Shown here piece by piece: positions 49,701 through 61,700 of a DNA stretch of 64,000 bases; the stretch's first letter is position 1; each line of letters starts with the position of its first letter. Both the position numbers and the translations under genes were made by a program. Location: positions 75,640,001-75,704,000 of the forward strand of contig NC_091476.1 in NCBI RefSeq assembly GCF_036971445.1, written 5' to 3'. The notes beneath the pieces are model-generated. The model ran no database searches. It was given only the letters and a program-made list of their open reading frames with translations, and was not told where the DNA came from. Origin of the DNA: Narcine bancroftii. Its lineage: Eukaryota.

Positions 49701-52700
49701 TTTGGATAGGTCCATGGATGGGAGGGGTACGGACTGGGTGCTGGTCAGTGGGACTGGGCAGAATTGCAACAGACTTGAAGGGCCAGTTTTCTGTGCTATA
49801 ATGTCCTATGGTTCTAAGATCAGGGAGGATTGCTTTTGAATGCTCACGGGGTTGGGGATCCGGGGGGAACTGCCATACTCCCAGCGAACCCACGCTCAAA
49901 CCACGCGTGTCAGCCTGGCACCTACCTCAGGCCGGAGGGCTCTGCTGGCAGGTGAGGGGATGGTCTCCAGCCCTCGGCCAACCCCGAGGACTGTGGCTGG
50001 GTGCTTCTGGGTCCAGGGCCCATTTACCGGTCCCTCAGGGAGATAAGGGTGTGGCTCAGGGCAACTCATCCCTGGGAAACAAAAGGGGAATCAGGGACAG
50101 GTGGTCTCTGGTCCCCAACCACCAAGTCTCCCTCCTCACCCACCCCCCAGTACCCCTCTTCCCCAACTCTCCCTCCTCACACCCCCCCTTCCCAGGACCT
50201 TCGCTCCCGATTGCCCTCCTCACCCACTCCCTCCCCAGGCCCCTCACTCCGCGTCTCCCTCCTCACCCACCTCCCCAGTACCACTCTCCCCACCAACACT
50301 CCCACCTCACCCACCCTCCCTCTGCAGTACCCTCTCCCTCCTCACCCACCCCCTCCCCAGGACCCTCACTCCCTGTATCCCTCCTCATCCACCCCAGTAC
50401 CCCTCTCCCATCCAATACTCCCTCCTCACCCACCCCCCTCTACATTACCCTCTCCCTCCTCACCCCCTCCCCAGGACCTTCTCCCTAACTCTCTCTCCTC
50501 ACCCACCCCCTTCCCCAATACCAACTCTTCCCAGTAGCCCCTACCCAAACTCCCCTTCCACCTCTGTACATTCTCCCCCTCAGTACTGATCTCCCCAACC
50601 CTCCCCTGTACCCTCTCCAGTTCTCCCCCTCGTACCCTCCACCTCAATCCACAGTACCCCCTCCCTCCAATTTTCCCCTGACCCCTCCTCCCCCATGCTC
50701 ACCTCCAGCATCCCACTGCCCCCATGAATCCCTGCCTCCTGAAGGTGAGCCATTTCACCTTCAGCCCCCCCCCCCAATCCAGTCAGCCATTCCCACTGAA
50801 CTATAGAACCATACAACACTACAGCACTGAAACAGGCCCCTTCGGCCCTTCTAGTCTGTGCTGAACCATTTTTACCTAGTCCCTCTGACCTGCACCCAAT
50901 TCGTACTCCTCCCATCCATGGACCTGTCCAAATTCTTCTTCAATGTTAAAATTGAGCCCACATTCACCACCTCAGCTTGTTCCACACTCCCACCGCTCTT
51001 TGTATGAAGAAGTTCCCCCAAAACTTTTCCCCTTTCACCCTTAACCCATGTCCTCTGGTTTGTATCTCACCCACCCTCAGTGGGAAAAGCCGACCTTCAT
51101 TTACTCTGTCTCTCCCCCTCATAATTTTAAATACCTCGATCAAACCTCCCCTCCTTCTTCTACACTCTTGTAACTCAGTCCCTGAATCCTTGTACCTTTC
51201 CCAGCCTCTCCCTTCCCTCCGCATCCCACTCCCCCCCCAAACCTCTTCCCTCCTCCAATGACCTCTCCCCCTACCCTGCCCTGCACACCCTGACCCTGGT
51301 GCGTGAGCAGCCAAGGTGGGCCATCGAAGCCTCCTCACCTGAGAGTTCCCTGGTCTGGGCGGGCCATAGCCACTCCTGCCAGACCCCCGCTGCCTGCCTA
51401 AGGTCCTGGGGAGGCCCGGTAAGGAAAGACCCATTGGGAATCGTGGTCTCCGCGGTCCAGACTACGGACGGGTGATGCGGCTGCAGTTGTTCCAGAGAAA
51501 AGACCACCCCCTGTTGCTGGGGTCCGCTGGTGGGAAAAGAGATCCAGATCTGGGCCAGTCTGATCCACCTGCAGACACTTACACTCCCAGTAACCAGCAT
51601 CAACCACCTCTTCATTAACCAGCCATCCCTTACAATACTGCCTAATTACAACCAATTGACCTACACCCCCACCACTACGTTTCGAACAGTGGGAGGGAAC
51701 CAAAGCCCTCGGGGGAAACCCATGCAGACAAGGGGAGAACGTGCCAACTCCTTATAGACAGCGTGGGACGGGGCAAGAAAAAAGCCAGTGAGGCTGTGTC
51801 TGAGGTTCATCAATCCAGTGGCAGAGGGGAAGAAGCTCTCCTTGTGCCGCTGGATGCTCATCTTTGGGTTCCTGGATCTCCTTCCTGATGGTAGCAGAGT
51901 GAAGAGGGCAGGGCCTGGGTGGTGGGAGGTCCTTGAGGCTGTTTTTTTTCTAAGAAACCACCTCATGTCAATGTCCTCGATGGAGTGAAGTCTGGTGCTC
52001 GTGATGTTGCAGGCTGAATTCACAACCCTCTGGAGTTTATTCTTGTCCTGAGAATTGGTGCCTCCGTACCAGACAGTGATGCAACTGGCCAGAATGCTCT
52101 CCACGGTACCACCTGTAGACGTTTTTGAGAATCTTTGGTGATGTACCGAATATCTTCAAACTCCTCACATAGTCTAGCCGCTGGCAAGCCTTCTTCACGA
52201 TGGCATCAACATGGAGGCCCCTGGACAGAACCTCGGAGATGTTGACACCCAGGAATGTGAAGTTCTTGACCCTCTTCACTGTAGCCCCCTCGATGAGGAC
52301 TGAGTCGTGTTCCCCCAACTCCCTTCTAAAGTCCACAATCAGTTTCTCAAGTTTTGCTGATGTTAAGTGTAAGGCTGTTAATTGTGACACCACCCGACGA
52401 GCTGATCCATCTCCCTCCCGAACGCTTCCTTGTCACTGTCTTTGATGCTGCCGATGACCATGATGTCATCAGCAAATTTGTAGATGGAATTGGGTTTGTG
52501 TCTGGTCGCACAGTCGTGGGTGTGGAGTGAGTAGAGCAGTGGGCTAAGTACATATCTTTGGGGTGCGCCTGTGTTGATGATAAGTGAGGGGGAGACATTG
52601 TTTCTGATCCATACTGACTGTGGTCTTTGATGAGGAAGTCAAGGATCCCGTTGAAGAGGGGGGTACAGAGGCCCAGGGTTTGGAGCTTGTTGACCAGCAT

Positions 52701-55700
52701 TGAGAGGATAATGGTGTTGAAGGCTGAGTTGTAGTTAATGAAGAGTTGCCGTATATACAAGTTGCTGTTGTCTATGTGATCCAGTGCTGAGTTGAGAGCC
52801 AGTAATACTGCATCTGCCTCCAGTAACCCTTGGTAAACCGGTAAACACACTGGAATCAACAATGCAACTCGTAATAGTCCTCATCGAGGGGTCAGCAGTC
52901 AAGAACTTCGGGTTCCTCCGCCAAGGATCTGTCCTGATTGCATCACTGCCTGGTACGGAGGCGCCAACTCTCAGGACCAGAAAAAACTCCAGAGGGTTGT
53001 TAATTCGGCTTGCGACATCACGGGCACCAGACTCCACGCCGTTGAGGACATCTACATGAGGTGGCATGTTAAGAAAGCAGCATCTGTCCTCAAGGACTCC
53101 CACCACCCAGGCTGTGCCCTCTTCACCCTGCTTCTATCGGGGAAAAGGTCCAGGAGCCTGAAGACGAGCTCCCAGTGGCACAGGACAGCTTCTTCCCCTC
53201 CGCCAACAGATTCCTGAACAGGCAACGACCCCCCAGATATGGCCTCACTTTCTCCAATTTTCTTCCATTATTTATTTATTTGGAAATGTAATTTATAGAA
53301 ATGATGTACTGTGATGCTCTGCAAAATTCTGTGACATGTTCATGACAATAAATTCTGATTGAGGTTCAGTAATTCTCTAATTAACTAACGAGAAACTCCC
53401 TCTTTATTAAACAACATTCAATAACCAGCTTTCATTAACTTCAATTAACCAGTTTACATCCTTTAATATTTCCCATGGTGGGAGAGTCCAAGACAAGAGG
53501 GCACAACTTCAGGAATGAAGGGCATCCACTCAGAACAGAGACGCGGAGGGATTTCTTCAGCCAGATGGTGGAATTTGTGGCCACAGGCATTCATGGAGGC
53601 CGGGTCATTGGGTGTATTTAAGGCAGAGATTGATAGGTTCTTGATTAGCCAGGGCATCAAAGGTTATGGTGAGAAGGCCGGGCGGGGTGAGGGGTGGGGG
53701 GGGGTGAATGGGAGGAAGCATCAGGTAAATCTCTGCACCTTCTCCACAGCTTCCACATCCTTCCTGTAATGAGATGACCAGAACTGATGTGACCGGGTTG
53801 TCCTGTTTGTGTGTGAGTGAACACAGTTACTGGTATTGGACGTGTTGACTGATTATACTGTGCTGTGTAATTGAGTTGCGATCCCCTTCGTGTGTTTTAA
53901 TAAGGATCCTTCCTGTGTCCAGACTTGTTTCCTCTTTGAACCCCACTGAACTTTTCCCTTCCCACACATTGACACATTAGGAGTGGGCCAGAAGAGGGGG
54001 GTGGGGGGGGCAGTAATCGGGGAAGAGAGATGGTGGGGGGGAGGGGAGTCAGAGACAGAGAAGGGGTAGAGAAAGGAGAGGGTTGGAATGGGGAGGGGAG
54101 TTGGGAAAAGTTCCAGTTACCTCAGGATGTGGTTGGCGCAGACAATGTGCGGGGTGTGAGCGTTAACGACTGCTGCCTCTGTCTGGACCCAAACATATCC
54201 CCCGGTGTGCAGGAGCATTCTATATAAGCCACTGGACACCCGTCCCATCTTCAACACTGCAGAGGCATGAATGGCAGCTGTCCTCAGCTCGGAAAATACT
54301 CCCTAAACCCCTCCCCCCCCACACCAGCCCACCACTCCCCTCAGCAGTTCCCTTGAAGCTCCCCCCCCAGGTTTAGAGGCTAATCATGCTCACTTGAAGA
54401 AGACCCAGAGGCAGCAATACTTCGTGAGGAGATTTGCTACGTCACCAAAGCCCTTGCAGGTGGACCATGGAGAGCATTCTGGCCGGTGGCATCACTGCCT
54501 GGTATGGGAGGTGTCAACTCTCAGGACCAGAATAAACTCCAGACGGTTGTGAACTCGGGATGAGAGGCACAGCTCCCTCCTAGCTCTCTCCCTCCCACTG
54601 TCCCAGCCCCTCTCCCCACCTTGTTCAGCCCCTCCAGATGGGCCCCATTCTCTCCCCCCCATCCACCCCCTCCAGATGTGACCAGCCCCTCTCCCAGCCC
54701 TGTCCATCCCTTTCAGATGTGCCCAGTCCCATCCACCCCTTTTAGATGTGCCCAGCCCCAAACACCCCTTCCAGATGTGCCCAGCCCCTCTCCCTACCTA
54801 CCCCTCCAGATGTGACCAGCCCCTCTCCATGCCTTGTTCACGCCTTCAAATGTGAACAGCCCCTCTCCTAGCCCTGACACTTTCAGATGTACCCAGTCCC
54901 ATCCAAACCTTCCAGATGTGCCCAGCCCCATCCATCCCTTCAAGATGTGCCAGCAGATGTGCCAAACCCCTCTCCCAGCCCCATCCACCTCTTCCAGGTG
55001 TGCCCAGCCCCATCCCCTCTCCAGATGTGCCTAGCCCCTCCCCACTCCCTCCTGATGTGCCGAGCCCCTCTCCCCACCCCGCCCTCTCCTGATGTGCCCA
55101 GCCCCTCTCCCCACCCCGCCTCCCTCCAGATGTGCCCACTGCTGCCCGCAGCATTTCCCCTGGGTTACTTACAGCTATGGTGCTGTTTCCAGATGTGCTT
55201 CAGGTCGAGGGCATGAAGCAAGTGATAGGTCGATCGCCCAATCAGCTGGCCAGCCTCCCAGCCAATCAGATGCTTGACACTGAGGGAAGTCATAAATGTG
55301 AGATCAACAAAGCAATCACCTCATCCACCCCCAGTGGCTCTCTGGCACCTGGGTGGGGGTTCTCGGGTGGTGGGAAGGGATGATGTCCATGAGGTCGAGG
55401 GGTGGGACAGGATGTCTTCAGGTAGCCTCGGAGGGTGGGTTTTGAGTTGGTCTCAAGGGTGGGACACAGAGGTTGGGGTCAGGAGGATGGGACAGGGGTC
55501 TCAGAGAGTTTTTGGGGATGGAACATGGGGGTGGGATGGGGGTTGGGGACATGGGGATTTGGATGGGGGGGAGGTTCTCCAAGGATCTTGGGTATGGAAT
55601 GGGGGTGTGTGTTCTTCCGGGGTCTCGAGGGATGGGACGTGGGGGTTGGGATGGGATAAATCTTGGGGGTGGGACAGGGTCTCCGGTGAGTGGGATGAGG

Positions 55701-58700
55701 AGGGTTCTTGGTAGTGGGGGTTGTGGGGAATGGGTTGGAGGAATCTTGGGGTGGGAGAGGGTGGGACGAGACAGGGTGGATCTCAGGGTGGGGCAGGGTC
55801 TCCGGTGAGTGGGATGAGGAGGGTTCTTGGGGGTGGGGCTTGTGGGGAATGGGTTGGAGGGATCTTGGGGTGGGACAGGGTGGATCTTGGGGTGGGACAG
55901 GGTGGGATGGGGGATCTCGGTGGCAGGGACAGGGAGTTCTCCAGGGGGCTGGTGGGACCCTCACTGACCTCCTGCTACAGTGGATGATGGTCAGGTCCAG
56001 GCTGTGCATAGACAGGAAGCTGTTTGTCTGGGGTGGACCTGCCAGGCCTAGCGGCAAGGCCACGTCCTCACACAGTAGCAGGAGGCATCTGGTCCCTGTG
56101 GTGGTCCGCATCTGGCCCTGGCATCGTACCACCTGGGCAAGGAGACCTGGCAGGGGTTACCCTCCTGACACCCCTGTCCCACCCTCATCCCATCCTCCTG
56201 CTATTGCCCCTCGCTCAGCCCTCGTCCCACCCTCCTGCTACTGCCCATCACTCAGCCCTCATCCCACCCCACCCTCCCCCTGCTACTGCCCCCCACTCAC
56301 CCCCTGTCCCATCTTCTCCCCACCTTCCTGCTACTGCCCATCACTCAGCCCTCATCCCACCCTCTCCCCACCCCACTCTCCCCCTGCTACTGCCCCCACT
56401 CACCCCCTCTTCCACCATCCTGTTACTGCCTATCACAGCCCTCATCCCACCCTCTCCCCACCCCACTCTCCCCCTGCTACTGCCCCCACTCACCCCCTCT
56501 TCCACCCCCCTGCTACTGCCTATCACAGCCCTCATCCCACCCTCTCCCCACCCCACTCTCCCCTGCTACTGCCCCCACTCACCCCCTGTCCCATCTTCTC
56601 CCCACCCTCCTGCTACTGCCCATCACTCAGCCCTCATCCCACCCTCTCCCCACCCCTCTCTCCCCCTGCTACTGCCCCACTCACCCCCTGTCCCACCCTC
56701 TTGCTACTGCCTATCACTCAGCCCTCATCCCACCCTCCCCCTGCTACTGCCCCCATTCACCCCCTGTCCCATCCTCCTGCTACCACCCATCACTCAGCTC
56801 ACACACACGTACGTACGCATATAGGTACATGCATATTCATGCACAAGTACAAACACAAACACACGTACACACAAACAGGCACATGTATGTACGTGTATAT
56901 ACAGGTAGATGGACATGTACACACATCAGAAACTTCCATGATTTGGTAACACAGACACACACATTTACACACACACATTTACACATAGACACATTTACAC
57001 ATACATGTTTACATCTATACACACTGAAACACTCTGAAAGCCAAACACTCGACACACTGGTACACTTGCACTCTCACTTGCTGCCTTGAGGTGTGAGTCA
57101 GTGGGGGGTCCGCAGCTCGGGTCTGGGACATGTCCCACTACCTCGTTGGCAATTCCCACCTTCCACCACGCGGACTTGAGGTTCACTACCCTGCCCTGGT
57201 CAGTCACTGTGCACTTGAGGCGGATCAAGAAGTCTCGTTTTCTGCCGCGATCATCCCCATCTGAAGCACAACAACAACACACTCGGTGACTCCAAGAGAC
57301 ACTCGCATCTCTTCCTCTTGTATTGAACGGGCGCTGGCCGGCACTAACGGTGACTCTTCCTCCTTACTCCAGGCTCAAGGCAACCATTTAATATTACATT
57401 TCCCTCACCCCCTCCCTCCTCACCTCCCCTCCCTCCTCAGCTCCCCTCCTTCCTCACCTCCCCTCCCTCCTTCCTCATCACCCCTCCTATTCCCCTCCCT
57501 CCTCATCGCTCCTCCTCCTCACCCCCTCTCCTCATCGCCCCTCCCATTCCCCTCCCTCATCACCACCCCTCCCTCCTCATCATCCCTCCCTTCTCACTGT
57601 CCCTTCCCCCTCACTGCACCCCCTCCTCATTGCCCCCTCCCTCTTCACTGCCCTCCCACACCCTTCCCTCCCAACCCCTTCCCTCCCCTCCCACCTCATC
57701 CCCTCACTCCTCACCACCCTCCCACGCCCCTCCCTCCTCCCCCTCTCCCTCCTCCCCCTCCTCTCTGCCTCTCCCTGCTTACCCCTTCCCTCCTCATTGC
57801 TCCTCCCTCCTCACTGCCCCTCCCATTCCCCTCCCTCCTCACTGGCCCTCCCATTCTCCTCCCTCCTCACTGTCCTCCCATTCTCCTCCCTCCTCACCGC
57901 CCCTCCCATTCCCCTCCCTCCTCACCATCCCTCCATTCCCCTCCCTCCTCACCGCCCCTCCCATTCCTCTCCCTCCTCTCTGCCCCATTCTCCTCCCTCC
58001 TCAATGCCCCTCTCATTCTCCTTCTTCCTCACCACCCCCCCATCATCTCCCCCCCCCCCCCAGGTCCCAGTTTCAAGCCAGCGCCCACTGGGATGAGCTG
58101 CCCGACCTGTCTCCGTCTCCAGCGCTTCCTGAAGTTCCTGGTGGTCACAGGGATGAACGAAGTCGAGAGCGTTTTGTCCCATCAGTTCCCACTGCAGGAG
58201 GGAGAGCGAGAGGTCGGTTCTCGTCCTTCCTGCGACCTCTGAGCGTTCACAGTAAAACACAGAGTTTGTGGAGCTGGGAAAATCTGACAGTAAATCTGAA
58301 ACAGACCGAGATGCTGGAGGGTCCCGGCCGGCTTCGGAGCCTCAGTGGGAGGGAAAGATCCAAAATCGACATTTCGGGCCCGAGCCTTTCCACTAGGCGA
58401 GAGTAAAATGCCATCAGGTTGGTGAGAAGGGAAGAACGGGGGGTGGGGGTACAGACCAACAGATTGAGACCACCCGCAAATTGGAGAGGTCCCTCGTGTT
58501 CAGTCTGGGTGCTATCTGATGGGGACTGGGTGAGTGTGAGTGAACACAGTTACCCAGTCCCCACCAGATGGCATTAACATCAAATTCCCTGGTTTCCGGG
58601 AATTCCCCAATCTTTCTCCCAGTCTCCTTCCACCCCCCCCTCTCTCTCTCTCCCTTCTCTCTCTTCCCCTCTCACCTCTTTCCCCTTCCCTCTCCCTCTA

Positions 58701-61700
58701 TCTCTCTTTCCCTCTCACTCTCTCTCTCTTTCCCCCACCCTCTCTCCCCCTCCCCTCCCACTTCTCTCTCTCCCTCCCCTCCCACTCTCTCTCCCCCTCC
58801 CTCCCACTCTCTCCCTCCCCTCCTCTCTCCCTCCCTCCCCTTCCACCCTCTCTCTCTCTCCCTCCCCTCCCACCCTCTCTCTCTCCCTCCCCTCCCACCC
58901 TCTCTCTCCCCTCCCCTCCCACCCTCTCTCTCCCCCTCCCCTCCCACCCCCTCTCTCCCCCTCCCCTCCCACCCTCTCTCTCCACCTCCCCTCCCACCCT
59001 CTCTCTCTCCCTCCCCTCCCACCCTCTCTCTCCCCCTCCCCTCCCACCCTCTCTCTCCCCCTCCCCTCCCACCCTCTCTCTCCCCCTCCCCTCCCACCCT
59101 CTCTCTCNNNNNNNNNNNNNNNNNNNNNNNNNNNNNNNNNNNNNNNNNNNNNNNNNNNNNNNNNNNNNNNNNNNNNNNNNNNNNNNNNNNNNNNNNNNNN
59201 NNNNNNNNNNNNNNNNNNNNNNNNNNNNNNNNNNNNNNNNNNNNNNNNNNNNNNNNNNNNNNNNNNNNNNNNNNNNNNNNNNNNNNNNNNNNNNNNNNNN
59301 NNNNNNNNNNNNNNNNNNNNNNNNNNNNNNNNNNNNNNNNNNNNNNNNNNNNNNNNNNNNNNNNNNNNNNNNNNNNNNNNNNNNNNNNNNNNNNNNNNNN
59401 NNNNNNNNNNNNNNNNNNNNNNNNNCCTCCCGTCCCACCCTCTCTCTCTCCCCCTCCCCTCCCACCCTCTCTCTCCCCCTCCCCTCCCACCCTCTCTCTC
59501 TCCCCCTCCCCTCCCACCCTCTCTCTCTCCCCCTCCCCTCCCACCCTCTCTCTCTCCCCCTCCCCTCCCACCCTCTCTCTCCCTCCCTTCCCACCCTCTC
59601 TCTCTCTCTCCCCCTCTCCTCCCACCCTCTCTCTCTCCCCTCTCTCATTCACCTCTCTCACCCCCTCTTTCTCTCTCACTCCTTTCCCCTCTCCCCCCCC
59701 TCTCCCACTTTCTCCCCTTTTCCCTTTGTCTCCTTTCCCAGAGCCAAATCAGTTCTCACTTCTCCTCTTATCTAATTAACACCTTTTGTTGGTTTGGACC
59801 CCTCCCGCCCCACCCCAAACCAGTCTTTCCCCTTCCTCTGCCCAGCCTTTTGATTCCGACACCTGCCTGCTTTTCACTCCCACTTTGAGGAAGGGCTCAG
59901 GCCAGAAATGCTGGTGATGTACTTTACCCCCTCTGGATGCTACGGGACTGGCTGGGCTCCTCCAGCAAAGCTCCACACAATGTGCATACCCTGGCAGGGG
60001 AGATCTCTGATCTGGGCTGAACCCGGCTTGCAAGAGGGGATGGGGTGGGTTGAGGAGGTTACAGAGACAGGGAGGGGTATAGGAGATGGGAGGGGTTTAT
60101 AGAGACAGGGAGGGGTGTAGGGGACCGGAAGGGGTTACAGAGACAGGGAGGGGTGTAGAGGACCAGAGGGGGGGGGGGGGGTTACAGAGACAGGGAGGGG
60201 TATAGGGGACCGGAGTTGGGTGTAGGGGACCAGAGGGGGTTACAGAGATGGGGAGGGGTATAGGGGACCGGAGGGGGTTACAGAGACAGGGAGGAGTGTA
60301 GGAGACTGGAAGGGTTTACAGAGACAGGGAGGGGTGTAGAGACCAGAGGGGGCTACAGAGACGGGGAGGGGTGTAGGGGACCGGAGTTGGGTGTAGGGGA
60401 CCAGAGGGGGTTACAGAGATGGGGAGGGGTATAGGGGACCGGAGGGGGTTACAGAGACAGGGAGGAGTGTAGGAGACTGGAAGGGTTTACAGAGACAGGG
60501 AGGGGTGTAGAGACCAGAGGGGGTTACAGAGACGGGGAGGGGTGTAGGGGACCGGAGGGGGGGTTACAGAGACAGGGAGGGGTGCAGGGACCGGAGGGGT
60601 TTACAGAAACAGGGAGGGGTGCAGGGGACTGGAGGGGTTTACAGAGATAGGGAGGGGTGCGGGGACCGGAGGGTGGTTACAGAGACGGAGGGGTGTCGGG
60701 GACCGGACGGGGTTACAGAGACAGGGAGGGGTGTCAGTCACTGATACATTTATATGGGGCTTTAAAAAGTTGAGCTGCTTTTGTCGGCAGGAACACAAAT
60801 CCATCTTGTAACACCATCCGATACATCACACTCTCCCTCATCCTCTCCCTCACCCTCTCCCTCATCCCCCAATCCCTCTCCCTTGCCCCATTTCCCCTCG
60901 CCCTCTCCCTCACATCCTGCCCCCCCCCCCCCCCCCCGCTGCTCACCTGGGTCAGGCCGGTATGAGTCTGCACGTTCTCGGATGTGAAGACCACCATCCC
61001 GTTTGGAGCCAGCAGCAAGAAGAAGCCCCCGAGGGTCGGCATCAGATGAGAGACCAGCTCAGGGAGCTGGACCACCTCAGGGGCCCCATCCTCTGCAACA
61101 GAAAGACCCTGTCAGCTTCGAGGCCCAAGGGGAGTCCCCACCAAACCCTCAGGCGTCCGCAGAGACTGGGCAGGGGGATGGGATTCTCTGCACAGCTTGA
61201 CCATTTCCCCCAGAGTTTGGTGTTGAGGGAGTCTGCGGATGTGAGGTTCAACTGACAGTCAACACAGGAGCCTCTCATGGACTCGGCCTTAGGCCACAGT
61301 TCTACGCACCACGACTGTGTGGCCAGACACAACCCGAACGCCGTCCCTCATCAGCAGAATCACAGACGGCAATGAGGAGGCATTCAGGAGGGACAGAGCT
61401 TGTCTGTCGAAAGCAGAGAGTAGTAGTAGGTGGGAAAGATTCTGCCTGGAAGTCAGGGACCAGTGGAGGGCCTGCAGGGATCTGTCCTGGGACCCCCACC
61501 CTGCTCTTCGTGATTTTCCTCATCCCCTCCCCTCTCTGCCTTCCACAGGGAGACTGCTCCCTCTTGACTCCCTCGCCCACTCTTCCCTCCCCACCAATCA
61601 CTCCCCCCTCCCCCCAAAATGCCCCACTCGCCACCGTTCGGGGGCCCCAGACAGTCCGTCCTAAGTGAAGCCACACCCCACCTGTGCATCCACGGGGGTG

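Noticed and set aside
53788-53968. Third solo LTR (TGT...ACA, 181 bp)
   Set aside because: Flanks ctga/ttga are not a perfect TSD and the poly(A) signal is degenerate; left unassigned.
61005-61030. LLLAP in HIF exon 3 as an extra hydroxylation motif
   Set aside because: It lies in a PAS-A beta strand and reads FLLLAP without ODD context.
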